64,000 nucleotides of DNA from an uncultured Chloroflexia bacterium (GTDB lineage Bacteria; Chloroflexota; Limnocylindria; Limnocylindrales; CSP1-4): positions 2,454,485-2,518,484 of the forward strand of contig CAVPYV010000001.1 in the NCBI GenBank assembly GCA_963710105.1, in the 5' to 3' direction. The position numbers and the translations under genes are program-made. Of the stretch, positions 9,352 to 20,055 are shown in pieces (within the stretch, counting starts at the first letter, position 1; each line of letters starts with the position of its first letter). The notes beneath the pieces were generated by a model, which saw only the letters and a program-made list of their open reading frames with translations, was not told the DNA's origin and searched no databases.

Positions 9352-10632
9352 TCGAGCTCCGTCGCGCCGATCCGGACCAGGTCGCCCGTGGCGATCCCGG
9401 CCCGCCGCAGCTCCTCGTCGATCCCGAGCCGGGCGAGGTCGCGCTGGAAGCGCTCGGCCGATTCCTCGACGTCGAAGTTCGTCTGCGCCGCGATCCGCTC
9501 GATCCGCTTGCCGCGCACCCGGAAGACGCCGTCCTCGATCCGCTCGACGCTGAAGCCGTCGCCCATCCGCTTCGATCCGGTGGACGACGACTCCGGCCGG
9601 CTCGGGCGGCGCGCCGAGATCGTCGGCGTCGGGCAGGAGATCGGCGATCCGGTCGCGGAGCACGTCCAGCCCGAGCCCTCGACCGCCGAGATCGCCACGA
9701 CGTCGTCGCCGTCCTTCTCGCGCGCGGCCCGGAACGCCGGCCAGGCCTCGACCGCGGTCGGGCGGTCCATCTTGTTGAACGCGACGATCATCGGCTTCTC
9801 GAGCAGGGCCGGATCGTGGGCCCGGAGCTCGTCGCGGATCACGTCGTGGTCCCAGCCCGGATCGCGGCCGGAGCCGTCGACGACGTGGATCAGGATCCGC
9901 GTCCGCTCGACGTGGCGGAGGAACGCATGGCCGAGGCCCGCCCCGCTCGAGGCGCCCTCGATCAGGCCCGGCACGTCGGCGATCGTGGGCCGCCGCTCGT
10001 CGCCGGCCGGGTCGCCGGGGTCGGCGAGGTCCATGACCCCGAGGTTCGGCTCGAGCGTCGTGAACGGATAGTCGGCGATCTTCGGCGTCGCCGCGGTCAG
10101 GGCGGCGAGGAGGGTCGACTTGCCGGCGTTCGGCAGCCCGACGAGGCCGATGTCGGCGATCAGGCGGAGCTCGAGGCGGAGCCAGCGCTCCTCGCCCGGC
10201 TCGCCCTTCTGGGCGTGCTTCGGGGCCTGGTGGGTCGAGGTCTTGAAGTGGGTGTTGCCGAGGCCGCCGCGACCGCCGCGGGCGATCATCGCCGACCTGG
10301 CCGACCGCGACGAGGTCGGCGAGGAGCTCGCCAGTCTCGTCGTCGAAGATCGCGGTGCCCGGCGGGACGTCGAGGTACAGCTCGCCGCCGGCGGCTCCGT
10401 GGCGGCGCGAGCCCTCGCCGCGGCCACCGGACGTGGCCTTGAAGTGGTGCTTGTAGCGGAAGTCGCGGAGGGTCGTCTGGCCGGCGTCGACCCGGACGTG
10501 GATCGAGCCGCCGCGGCCACCGTCGCCGCCGTCGGGGCCGCCCCGCGGCACGTGGGCCTCGCGGCGGAACGTGGCCGCCCCGTCACCGCCCGCGCCGGCC
10601 TTGACGAAGATCTTGACGCGGTCGAGAAACAT
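9321..10632 (-). CDS. obg: GTPase Obg/CgtA (Obg fold, GTPase domain and OCT domain). It spans three frame changes.
   Basis: N-terminus [47 protein letters not shown]-domain [14 protein letters not shown]...[10 protein letters not shown]...NKMD...ISAVEG. C-terminal OCT domain [21 protein letters not shown]...GDLVRIG. The stop is at 9321-9323. Confidence 0.85.
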
Positions 10633-10792
10633 CAGCGCGATTGTCGCATCCGGGGGTTCCGCCGACGGTCACCGGCGACCGGCGATGCCTCACGGCAGCG
10701 CGACCGGCCCGGCGATGCTCCGTGGCGACCGGCCCGCGCCGCGTCGTCGGCCCTCCTCCGAGCCGACGGCGCGTCGCCGGGCGGTCAGGCGA

Positions 10793-11951
10793 TCAGAGAT
10801 AGATCAGCGGATTGACCCGGGTCCCGCCGTCCCAGACCATCCCCCGCCAGACCTCGAAGTGGAGGTGCGGGCCCGTGGCGTTGCCGGTCATCCCGACCCG
10901 GCCGACCTGCTGGCCGCGCCCGACGTGCTGGCCGCGCCCGACCGACACGGCGCTCATGTGGTTGTACGTGGTGTACAGCCCGGAGCCGTGGGCGATCCAG
11001 ACCTGGTAGCCGCCGCCGTTGTTCTTCCAGCCGGCGAAGATCACGGTTCCGGCCGCGGCGGCCATGACCCGCGTCCCCTGGTCGGCGGCGATGTCGATCG
11101 CGTAGTGGCCGTAGTGGAAGTACTGGCTGATGTAGCCGCCGGCGACCGGCCAGGCGAACTTGCCGCCGGAGTACGCGGCGGGCGGCCGGGTCGAGCCGCT
11201 CGAGCCGCCCGATGACGAGCGCGGCGCGGGCTTGCTGACGGGCGCCTTCGTCGGCTTGGGCGTGGCGATCTCGGACGATCGGGCCCCGGGGATCGTCAGG
11301 GTCTGGCCGACGACGAGGACCGCGTCGGTCAGCTGGTTCGTGTCGATGATGTCGGTCGGGTCGATCCGGTACCGCGCGGCCAGCAATTCGAGGGTGTCGC
11401 TCGTCCCGACAGTGACGACGACGCCGCTGACCGGCGGGATCGTGAGCGTCTGGCCGACCTTGAGGTCGTCCTTGTTCTTCAGGTTGTTCGCCCACCACAC
11501 GGTCATCATCGACACGTGGAACTTCGAGGCGATCCCGGTCAGGGTGTCGCCGGAGCGAACGCGGTACGTGCGCAGGAGGTCCGAGCCGTCGGCGACCGTC
11601 GTGTCGACCGACACGGGCTTGAGGAGCGTCCCGTCGGCGCTGAACGGCCCGTCGACCGAGACCCGGTCGTCGGGTGCGACGTTCGAGGCGCCCACCGTCA
11701 GGTCCGATGCCGAGAGGTCCGTCCCGCCGCCGGCGGCGAAGCGATCGTCGATCCCGCCCTGGGGCGCGTTGTCGAGCCCGGAGACGGCACCGCCGAGGGC
11801 GATCCGCGGCTCGCTGCCGGCGCCGCTCGTGTTGCCGGTCGGGCCGGCCGCCGCGGGACGAGCCGAGGTTGCTGAGAGCGACCGCGACGGCGACGAGGCC
11901 GACGGCCGTGATCGACACGAGGCGCTCACCCGACGGGCGGGGGCGGCTCAT
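10793..11951 (-). CDS. LysM-domain (x2) M23 family peptidoglycan endopeptidase with an N-terminal signal anchor. There is one frame change near 11870.
   Basis: Two LysM repeats (YRVRSGDTLTGIASKF..., YRIDPTDIIDTNQL...). The M23 signature is HYAIDIAADQGTRVMAAAAGTV...GYQVWIAHG...YNHMS...GRVGMTGNATGPHLHFEV. The TM helix LVSITAVGLVAVAVAL is in the upstream frame. Confidence 0.8.
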
Positions 11952-12524
11952 CGACCCGGCGCGGACGGCACTGGCGGCGCGCGCGATCGAGAGGCTACGT
12001 CGCTGGAACGAGACGGCCGCCGCCGAGCGGTGGCCTGAGTCGGGGCGCAGGCGCGTCATCAGGCGCTGCACGCCGACCGTTGCGTTGAGCAATACGGTCT
12101 CCTGGTTGAAAACCGGACGGTCAGCGCGGGGCTGGGTCAGCGCGTGGGATGGGCGCCTGGGGTCGGGACCGTCCGATGGGTCGCGTCTTCGAGCTGGGGG
12201 ATCTCTGTCCGCGGCCGAGCCCGTGTGTTCACCGGGCTGTCGACTTCGCGTGGAACCGTAACAGACACGTAACGTCGGCGCAAACGAACGGCCACGTGGC
12301 GAGCCCTCCGCCCGTTGGTCGCGCCGGTCGCGGCGCGGGCGGCGGCGCCGGCGATGCAGGGGTGCATCGGATCTCAGGCTGGCGCGCTCCGCGGAGGTCG
12401 CGAATCGTCGATTCGGCGCACTGGCCACGCGAGCGCTGCGCGGAATTGAGTCACGAGCGCATCACCCAAGAACGATGCCGCCATCGTCGCTCCGCCGCAA
12501 CAGCCGCGGACGGCGGCCCCGCTC

Positions 12525-13910
12525 CTAGGAGTCGAGGCTCTTGGTGAGCGAGCCCAGGAACTGGACGTTGTTCTCGGTCTTCGCGAGGCGGTTGAGGAGG
12601 AGCTCGATGCCCTCGTTCGTGCCGACCGCCGACAGCATCCGGCGCATCGTCCAGACCATCTTCAGGGTGCCCTCCTCGAGGAGCAGCTCCTCGCGTCGGG
12701 TGCCCGAGCGCTGGACGTCGATCGCGGGGAAGATCCGCTTCTCGGCGAGCTTCCGGTCGAGGATGAGCTCGGAGTTGCCGGTTCCCTTGAACTCCTCGTA
12801 GATGACGTCGTCCATCCGCGAGCCGGTGTCGACGAGGCAGGTCGCGATGACCGTCAGCGAGCCGCCCTCCTCGATGTTCCGGGCGGCGCCGAAGAACCGC
12901 TTCGGGGGGTAGAGGGCGATCGGGTCGATGCCGCCCGACAGCGTCCGGCCCGACGGCGGAAGGGCGAGGTTGTAGGCGCGCGCGAGACGGGTGATCGAGT
13001 CGAGCAGGATGACGACGTCGCGGCCGGTCTCGACCTGGCGCTTGGCGATCTCGAGGGCCATCTCGGCGACGTGGGTGTGGTTCTCGGTCGGCTCGTCGAA
13101 GGTCGAGGAGATGACCTCGCCCTTGACGCTCCGCCGCATGTCGGTGACTTCCTCCGGCCGCTCGCCGATCAGGGCGACCATCAGGAGGATGTCCGGGTAG
13201 TTCGTGCTGATCCCGTTGGCGATGTGCTTGAGGAGCATCGTCTTGCCGGCCTTCGGCGGGCTGACGATCAGGGCGCGCTGGCCCTTGCCGAGCGGGTTGA
13301 CGATGTTGATCAGCCGCTGGCTGAGGTTCTTCGGGTCGTTCTCGAGGTTGATCAGCTCGTCGGGGTGGACCGGGGTGAGGTCGCCGAAGACGGGGCGGCG
13401 GCGGGCCGACTCGGTGTCGACGCCGTTGACCGCGTCGACGCGGAGCATCCCCCAGTACTTCTCCGCCTCGCGCGGGGCGCGGACCGCGCCGCTGACGCGA
13501 TCGCCGATGCGGAGGCCGAAGCGGCGGACCTGGCTCGAGCTGACGTACACGTCGTCCGGGCTCGGCAGCAGGCCGTGCCGGCGCAGGAAGCCGAAGCCCT
13601 CGTCCACGACGTCGAGGATGCCGCTGGCGTAGGCGTGCCCGGCGCGCTCGGTCTGGCGCTCGAGGATCCGCTCGACGAGGTCGTCCTTGCGCTCCTGGGT
13701 GCCGGTCTCGAGCTCGAGGTCGCGGCTGACCGCGCGGAGCTCGGGGACGCTCATCTCGCGCAGATCGGAGACGTCGAGGTCGTTCCGCTCGCGGGCGGCC
13801 TCCAGCTCCTGCTGCTCCTCGTACTCCGTCACCGGGGCGCGGGATGCCACCTGGTTGCGGCGGCGCGGCCGCCGATTCCGGGAACGCTGATCGGGACCGA
13901 GTTGGGGCAT
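12525..13910 (-). CDS. rho: Transcription termination factor Rho.
   Basis: The CSD-like N-terminus, the P-loop [14 protein letters not shown] and the Q/R loops are all present. ATG at 13908-13910. The longer six-frame ORF upstream is spurious. A leader of about 240 nt separates rho from the divergent eda. Confidence 0.9.
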   Translation of the reverse strand: MPQLGPDQRSRNRRPRRRNQVASRAPVTEYEEQQELEAARERNDLDVSDLREMSVPELRAVSRDLELETGTQERKDDLVERILERQTERAGHAYASGILDVVDEGFGFLRRHGLLPSPDDVYVSSSQVRRFGLRIGDRVSGAVRAPREAEKYWGMLRVDAVNGVDTESARRRPVFGDLTPVHPDELINLENDPKNLSQRLINIVNPLGKGQRALIVSPPKAGKTMLLKHIANGISTNYPDILLMVALIGERPEEVTDMRRSVKGEVISSTFDEPTENHTHVAEMALEIAKRQVETGRDVVILLDSITRLARAYNLALPPSGRTLSGGIDPIALYPPKRFFGAARNIEEGGSLTVIATCLVDTGSRMDDVIYEEFKGTGNSELILDRKLAEKRIFPAIDVQRSGTRREELLLEEGTLKMVWTMRRMLSAVGTNEGIELLLNRLAKTENNVQFLGSLTKSLDS

Positions 13911-14150
13911 GGGCGGGAAGTCCCTCAGGAGAACGAATACGGGAGAGGTGGGCCGCGTCCGGGCTGGGTTCCGCGCGGAATCGCTCCGCTGCGCAGGCCG
14001 GTCTGGGATGCCGGGAATGATACGCGTCGATCCGGCCTGCGTCAATGGCGCCCGACGGGACCGCCGCTTCCCGGCCGGCGCCGCCGACGATGGCACGGAT
14101 CGCTCATCTGAGCAATTGACTCTCATCTGTGCGCCGCCTATGCTCGGACG

Positions 14151-14789
14151 GTGCCCGCGGATCCGCAGCGCCTGCGCTCGAGCGACCTCGCCGATGCCGT
14201 CCGCGAGCGGCGCCTGATCGCCGTCCTCCGCCGGGTCGAGCCTCGCGAGCGGCTCGTCGACCTCGTCGAGGAGCTCATCGCCGACGGTGTCGCCCTTCTC
14301 GAGATCACCCTGGACACGGACGGCGCCGCCGCCGACCTGCGGGCAGTCCGCGACGCCGTCGGGGGTCGAGCCCTGGTCGGGGCCGGCACGATCCGCACGA
14401 CCGGTCAGGTCCGGATGGCGATCGACCACGGCGCGACCTTCGCCGTGAGCCCCGTGTTCGACCGGGACGTCCTCGACGCCGCCATCGAGGCCGGCATGCC
14501 GTTCGTGCCCGGCGCCTACAGCCCGACCGAGATCGACGCCGCCTGGCGTGCCGGCGCGACGTTCGTGAAGCTGTTCCCGGCCTCCTCGCTCGGCCCGAGC
14601 CACGTCCGCGAGCTCCGCGGGCCGCTGCCGTCGATCGAGACGATCGCGACCGGCGGCGTGGATGCCTCGAACGCGATCGCCTTCCTCGAGGCCGGGGCGG
14701 TCGCCGTCGGGATCGGCTCGGCATTCGGCCGGATGGCGGCCGCCGAGCGACGCGCCCTGGTCGCGGCGATCGGGCGGGCCGGCCGATGA
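14151..14789 (+). CDS. eda: 2-dehydro-3-deoxy-phosphogluconate / 4-hydroxy-2-oxoglutarate aldolase (Eda).
   Basis: IAVLRRVEP...ALLEITLDT...VGAGTIRT...FAVSP...GAYSPTEI...FVKLFPA is the typical KDPG aldolase fold. GTG start. Confidence 0.8.
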   Translation: MPADPQRLRSSDLADAVRERRLIAVLRRVEPRERLVDLVEELIADGVALLEITLDTDGAAADLRAVRDAVGGRALVGAGTIRTTGQVRMAIDHGATFAVSPVFDRDVLDAAIEAGMPFVPGAYSPTEIDAAWRAGATFVKLFPASSLGPSHVRELRGPLPSIETIATGGVDASNAIAFLEAGAVAVGIGSAFGRMAAAERRALVAAIGRAGR

Positions 14790-15757
14790 CGACCGAGCGG
14801 GCGGCCGACGCCGGGGCGGGGCGCGACGAGCGCGACGCCCTCGCGAGCCAGGTCGCGCGCCTGTTCTTCGAGCGCCAGCTCACGAAGGTCGAGATCGCCG
14901 GCCGCCTCGGCATCTCGCGCTTCCGGGTCGCCCGGCTGCTCGACCAGGCGCTTGCCGACGGCCTCGTCCGGATCGAGTTCCGCGACACGCCGCCCCGGGA
15001 CCGCGACCTCGCCGGCCGGATCCGGGCGCGCTTCCGCCTCTCGTCCTGCCTGGTCGCTGCCGCCGATGCCGACGAGGCGGCCGTGGCCCGCCTCGGGGCG
15101 GCCGAGCTCGACGGGATCGTCGGGCGGGGCGACGCGATCGGCATCGCCTGGGGGTCGACGATGGCCCGGGTCGTGCGGAGCGTGCCCGCCCGCGACGACG
15201 GCACGATCGACGTGGTCCAGCTGGCGGGCAGCTCGACGAGCCTCGGCGCCGGCACGGACCCCGGCGACCTGGCCCGGATCCTGGCGGAGCGCCTCGGCGG
15301 GCGCCACCACCGGCTCCACGCGCCGGCCTTCGTCGAGTCGAGCCGGCTCCGGGCCGCGCTCCTGCGCCAGCCGGACGTCGCCGCCACCGTCGAACGCTTC
15401 GACGGGCTGGCCGTCGCCCTCCTCGGCATCGGCGCGTTCGGCCGGGCGGACGGGCCGGCCAGCTCCTCGCTCGTGCGGTCGGGCGCGCTCGGACCCGACG
15501 AGGTCGGCCGGCTGGCGGCTCTCGGCGCCGTTGGCGACCTCATCGTCCACCCGTTCACCGCGGACGGCCGCTTCGTCGCACCGGACCTGGCTGAGCGGGC
15601 CATCGCGATCTCGATCGATCAGCTCCGGCGGGTGCCGGCCGTGATCGCCGTCGCGGCCGGACCGGCCAAGGTCGCGGCGATCCGCGGCGCCCTGCAGACC
15701 GGCGTCATCGCCAGCCTCGTGACGGACGCCGCAACCGCCCGGGGGCTCCTCGAGTGA
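14786..15757 (+). CDS. SorC/DeoR-family sugar-binding transcriptional regulator.
   Basis: HTH LTKVEIAGRLGISRFRVARLLDQALADGLVRI, then a SorC sugar-binding domain (IGIAWGSTMARVV...). ATGA overlap with the eda stop. Confidence 0.75.
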   Translation: MTTERAADAGAGRDERDALASQVARLFFERQLTKVEIAGRLGISRFRVARLLDQALADGLVRIEFRDTPPRDRDLAGRIRARFRLSSCLVAAADADEAAVARLGAAELDGIVGRGDAIGIAWGSTMARVVRSVPARDDGTIDVVQLAGSSTSLGAGTDPGDLARILAERLGGRHHRLHAPAFVESSRLRAALLRQPDVAATVERFDGLAVALLGIGAFGRADGPASSSLVRSGALGPDEVGRLAALGAVGDLIVHPFTADGRFVAPDLAERAIAISIDQLRRVPAVIAVAAGPAKVAAIRGALQTGVIASLVTDAATARGLLE

Positions 15758-16602
15758 AGCGCCTCGCCGACCGGGTCTGCCTCGTGACCGGGTCGACCGG
15801 GATGGCGGCCGCGGCGGCCAGGCGGCTCGCCGCCGAGGGGGCCCGCGTCTTCGTCGTCTCGCGGACCGCCGATCACGCCCGGGCCCTGGCGGACGAGATC
15901 AGCGCGGCCGGCGGCAACGTGCGCGGCGGCGCCGGCGGCGACGTCGCATGGACGGCGGCGGACCTGACCGACGAGGCCGCGGTCGACGCGGCGGTGGCGG
16001 GCTGCGTCGAGCGGTTCGGCCGGATCGACGGACTGTTCTCGGTCGCCGGCGGGAGCGGCCGGCGGTTCGGCGACGGCCCGATGCACACGGTCCACCGCGA
16101 CGCCTGGGATCGGACCCTCGAGCTGAACCTGACGAGCCAGGCCCTCGTCTGCCGGGCGGTGCTCGAGCGGATGCGGGCGCAGGCGCCGAACGGCTCCGGG
16201 ACGCGCGGCTCGATCCTCCTCATGGGCAGCGTCACCGCGACCGATCCGGCGCCGGAGTTCTTCGCGACCCACGCCTACGCCGCGGCGAAGGGTGCGATCA
16301 ACGCCCTGATGACGACGATGGCCGCCGCCTACCTCCCCGATCGGATCCGGGTGAACGTCGTCGCCCCGGGCCTGACCCTGACCCCGATGGCGCGCCGCGC
16401 GGCCGGCGATGCGGCGATCCGGGCGTACGGCGCCCGGAAGCAGCCGCTCGCCGGCGAGATGATGGACCCCGACGAGGTGGCCCACGCGGCGGTCTTCCTC
16501 CTGTCCGACGAGTCGCGGGCGATCACCGGCCAGCTGCTGAAGATCGACGGCGGGTGGTCGGTCGCGTCCGTCTCGCCGCTGCCCGGGGACGGGTCGCCAT
16601 GA
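15754..16602 (+). CDS. SDR family oxidoreductase.
   Basis: VCLVTGSTGMAAAAARRL (Rossmann TGxxxGxG) ... YAAAKGA (YxxxK). GTGA overlap with the upstream gene. Confidence 0.8.
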   Translation: MKRLADRVCLVTGSTGMAAAAARRLAAEGARVFVVSRTADHARALADEISAAGGNVRGGAGGDVAWTAADLTDEAAVDAAVAGCVERFGRIDGLFSVAGGSGRRFGDGPMHTVHRDAWDRTLELNLTSQALVCRAVLERMRAQAPNGSGTRGSILLMGSVTATDPAPEFFATHAYAAAKGAINALMTTMAAAYLPDRIRVNVVAPGLTLTPMARRAAGDAAIRAYGARKQPLAGEMMDPDEVAHAAVFLLSDESRAITGQLLKIDGGWSVASVSPLPGDGSP

Positions 16603-17960
16603 ACCGCGCCTGGATCGCCGACCTGCCGCTCGTCGCCGAGGCGGACGTCTGCGTGGTCGGCTCGGGCGCCGCGGGCGCGACCGCCGCGATCGCCGCCGCG
16701 CGCGGCGGCGCCTCCGTCGTGCTCGTCGAGCAGACTGCCGTTCCTCGGCGGGACGAGCACCGCGGTCCTCGACACGTTCTACGGGTTCTGGACGCCGGGC
16801 GACGCCCCGCGGAAGGTCGTGGGCGGGATCGCCGACGAGGTCGTCGCCGGCCTCCGCTCGCTCGGCCCGGTCGTCGAGCGGCCGAACACGTACGGCGCCG
16901 GCACGGGCCTCACCTATCTCGCCGAGCACCTGAAGGTCGTCTGGGAGCGGCTCGCGTGCGAGGCCGGCGTGCGGATCCTCCTCCACGCGATGCTCCAGGA
17001 CGTCGCCGTCGATCCCGGCGGGCACGTCCGGGCGATCGTCGTTGCCACCAAGGCCGGCCTCCGCCGGATCGCGGCCCGGACGTTCGTCGACGCCAGCGGC
17101 GACGCCGACCTGTGCGCGTACGCCGGCTTCGGATCCGAGACCGCCGGCGAGATCGATCCGGCCCAGACGCTGACGACGACATTCCGGATGGCGAACGTCG
17201 ACCGCGAGCGGCGGCGGTCGATCACGACCCGCGAGCTCCACGCGGCGATGTCGGCGGCGGCGGCCGACGGCTACGACCTGCCGCGTCGCGAGGGGTCCGA
17301 TCACGTGACCCCGATCGCGGGAGTGACGGCGACGATCATGACCCGCCTCGCCCCGAACGAGCCCGGTCCGGAGTGGGAACGGCCTCGTCGACACGACGGA
17401 TCCGGACTTCCTGACCGCGCGTCGAGATCGCCGGCCGCCGCCAGGCCCTCGAGTACGCCCGGTTCCTCGTCGACCGGGTGCCCGGCTACGAGCATGCGTC
17501 GCTCGTGGCGCTCGGCAGCCGGATCGGGGTCCGCGAGACGCGCCGGGTCCACGGCGACGCCCGCCTGACCCGCGCCGACGTCCTCGCCGCCCGCCAGTTC
17601 GACGACCAGGTCGGCCTGTCGGGCGCCCCGATCGAGGACCATCGCGCGGGTCCGGACACCCGCTGGGCGTACCTGCCGGCGGGCGCCGCGGTCGGCATCC
17701 CGTTCCGGACGCTCGTGGTCCGTGACGCCGTCAACGTCCTCGTCGCCGGCCGCTGCTTCTCCGCCAGCCACGACGCCCATGCCGCGGTCCGCTCGATGGC
17801 CCAGTGCATGGCGATGGGCCAGGCCGCGGGCAGCGCGGCGGCGATGGCAGCCGGCGCCGGCGGCGACGGCGCGGTCCGGGCGGTGGACGTCGCGGCGCTC
17901 CGGGCGCGGCTCGCCGGTGCCGGCGCGATCGTCGATCCGGCCGTGGAGCGCGCCGCATGA
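16599..17960 (+). CDS. FAD-dependent oxidoreductase (FAD_oxidored family). It is split by two frame changes (near 16740 and 17420).
   Basis: VCVVGSGAAGATAAIAAARGG (GxGxxG), then TFVDASGDADL in frame 1, then C-terminal VPGYEHASLVALGSRIGVRETRRV...IPFRTLV...VAGRCFSASH in frame 0. ATGA overlap at 16599. Confidence 0.7.
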
Positions 17961-18920
17961 CGTTCGTCCGGACCGTGCTCGGCGACATCGATCCCGGATC
18001 GCTCGGGGTGACCTACGCCCACGAGCACCTGGTCATCGACGAGGGCAACGCGGTCGAGCGCTGGCCCGACTTCCTCCTCTCCGATGTCGAGCGGATGACC
18101 GCCGAGGTGCGATCCGCCGCCGCCGTTGGACTCCAGGCTGCCGTCGACGGGATGCCCGCCGACTGCGGCCGGAACGCGCGCAAGCTGGCCGAGGTGTCGC
18201 GGCGGGGCGGGATCCACGTGATCGCCGCGACCGGGCTCCACCACGAGAAGTTCTACGCGCCGACCCACTGGAGCCGGCGGGCGACCGACGAGGAGATCGC
18301 GACCTGTTCGCGGCGGACGTCGAGGACGGGATCGACGAGCGCGACTACGGCGGCCCGATCGTCGCCCGCACCGACGTCCGGGCCGGGATCGTGAAGATCG
18401 CCGGCAGCGAGGGCGGCCCGTCGGAGCGCGACCGGCCGATCTTCCGGGCCGCCGCCGCTCGCCCACGCGCGCACGGGCGTGCCGGTCCACACCCACTGCG
18501 AGGCGGGCACCGGAGCGATCGAGCAGATCCGGCTGCTCCTCGACGCCGGCGTGCCCGCCGCGCGCATCTCGCCTGTGCCACGTCGACAAGGTCGTCGACC
18601 GCGGCTACCACCGCGAGCTGTTCGCGACCGGGGCGTTCGCGGTCTACGACCAGGCGTTCCGCTGGGGCGACCGTCCCAACGGCACCCTCCAGCTCCTCGA
18701 ATGGCTCGTCGAGGACGGCCACGCGGACCAGGTGATGCTCGGGATGGACGCCGCACGGCAGGGCTACTACGCGGCGTTCGGCGGCTCGCCCGGCCTGCCG
18801 TACCTGCTCCGCGAGTTCAGCGCGGCGATGGACGAGCGCGGCCTCGACGCGGGTCTCCGGAAGCGGTTCTTCGTCGCCAATCCGGCCCGCGCCTACGCCT
18901 TCGCCGAGGTGGATCGATGA
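17957..18920 (+). CDS. Phosphotriesterase-family (PTE/PHP, amidohydrolase) protein, a likely lactonase. It is split over 3 or more frame changes.
   Basis: [12 protein letters not shown]...HVIAATGLH, then [24 protein letters not shown], then [11 protein letters not shown], then C-terminal [25 protein letters not shown]...[12 protein letters not shown], each in a different frame. Confidence 0.7.
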
Positions 18921-20041
18921 GCCCGCCGGCCATGGCTCGCGAGCCGCTCCTGACGAGCGTCGTCGGGTCGCACGCCCACCCCGGCTGGTTCGCCCACGGG
19001 GTGGCCGCGGCCGCGCGCGGCGAGTACGGGCCGGCCGACCTCGCGGAGCTCCTCGACGACGGCGTGGCGCTGGCGCTCCGGGACCAGGAGCGGGCGGGGA
19101 TCGACGTGGTGAGCGACGGCGAGATGCGCCGGGCGGGCTTCTTCACGGCCGAGTTCTACCGCCACCTCAGCGGGGTCCGGCCGCTGCCGCCGGAGCGGCG
19201 GCTCGGGATCGGCGCGCACGACGGGCTCCACCGGTTCGCCGTCGACGAGCCGATCGGCGCTTCGGACGGGCTGGGCGTCGTCGGCGAGTTCGTCGCGGCG
19301 CGGGCGATGACGAGCCGGCCGCTCAAGGTCACCCTGCCCGGCCCGTTCACCCTGTCCGGGCGCCTGGCCTACGGCCCCGGCGAGGTCTACGGGACCCGTT
19401 TGGCGGCGGCCGAGGCGTTCGTCCCGATCGTGGCCACCGAGGTCCGGGGCCTGGTCGCCGCCGGCGCGGCCATCATCCAGGTCGACGAGCCGTCGGCGGC
19501 GATCCACCCCGATGCCCCCGCCGACTTCGTGGCGCTGCTGAACGCGGCGGTCGAGCCGGCCGTCGGGCGGGCCCGCCTCGGCGTCCACCTCTGCTTCGGC
19601 AACTTCCTCGGCCGCCCGCTCGCCCCGCGCTCCTACCGGCCGGTTCTCGGGGCGATGCTCGGCTTCGCGGTCGACGAGCTCGTCCTCGAGTTCGCGAACC
19701 GCGAGATGAGCGAGATCGGGCTGCTCGCCGAGATCGCCGCCGCCGGACGCGACGTCGCCGCCGGCGTGATCGACGTCAAGAGCAGTCACATCGAGACGCC
19801 GGCCGAGGTCGCCGCCCGGATCGAGGCGATCCTGGCGACCGGCGTCCCGCCCGAGCGGCTCACGCTCGTCCCCGACTGCGGCTTCAGCCAGACCGCGCGC
19901 CATCTCGCCGTCGCCAAGCTCGGCGCCCTCGTCGCCGGCCGCGACCTCGTCCGCGGTCGCCCGGGCGGCGGCCAGGTCCGCGGGTTCGAGCTCGGTACCG
20001 GGGTGGCATCGTCCCATCCTCCCACCCACCCACCCTCTTGA
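18917..20041 (+). CDS. Stand-alone cobalamin-independent methionine synthase C-terminal-domain-like protein (Meth_synt_2/UROD-like). Its substrate cannot be predicted.
   Basis: [15 protein letters not shown]...[24 protein letters not shown]...[10 protein letters not shown]...VHLCFGNF matches the MetE C-terminal catalytic core. It is about 374 aa and has no N-terminal MetE domain. ATGA overlap at 18917. Confidence 0.7.
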   Translation: MSPPAMAREPLLTSVVGSHAHPGWFAHGVAAAARGEYGPADLAELLDDGVALALRDQERAGIDVVSDGEMRRAGFFTAEFYRHLSGVRPLPPERRLGIGAHDGLHRFAVDEPIGASDGLGVVGEFVAARAMTSRPLKVTLPGPFTLSGRLAYGPGEVYGTRLAAAEAFVPIVATEVRGLVAAGAAIIQVDEPSAAIHPDAPADFVALLNAAVEPAVGRARLGVHLCFGNFLGRPLAPRSYRPVLGAMLGFAVDELVLEFANREMSEIGLLAEIAAAGRDVAAGVIDVKSSHIETPAEVAARIEAILATGVPPERLTLVPDCGFSQTARHLAVAKLGALVAGRDLVRGRPGGGQVRGFELGTGVASSHPPTHPPS

Positions 20042-20055
20042 AGGAGGCACCCTCG

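Noticed and set aside
8191-10071. 626-aa + strand ORF antisense to obg/nadD (Arg/Gly/Asp/Pro-rich translation)
   Set aside because: This is the typical composition of a spurious reverse-strand ORF in >70% GC DNA. It has no motifs and sits fully inside well-supported - strand genes. The same reasoning rejects 51818..54124 (+), 14305..15603 (-), 1322..2407 (-), 2404..3618 (-), 15619..17394 (-), 19786..21072 (-), 36272..37885 (-), 38953..40491 (-), 44123..44920 (-), 47976..49634 (-), 49631..50617 (-), 58081..61242 (+) and similar ORFs.
13911-14150. Possible regulatory RNA in the rho leader (direct repeats CTCATCTG at about 14103 and 14125)
   Set aside because: A long rho leader is expected, since rho is autoregulated by attenuation in many bacteria. 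There is no specific structured motif I can support from the sequence.
12525-14603. 692-aa ORF giving Rho a 230-aa N-terminal extension
   Set aside because: The extension is compositionally biased noise. The true Rho starts at MPQLGPDQ (13910), giving a normal 461-aa protein.
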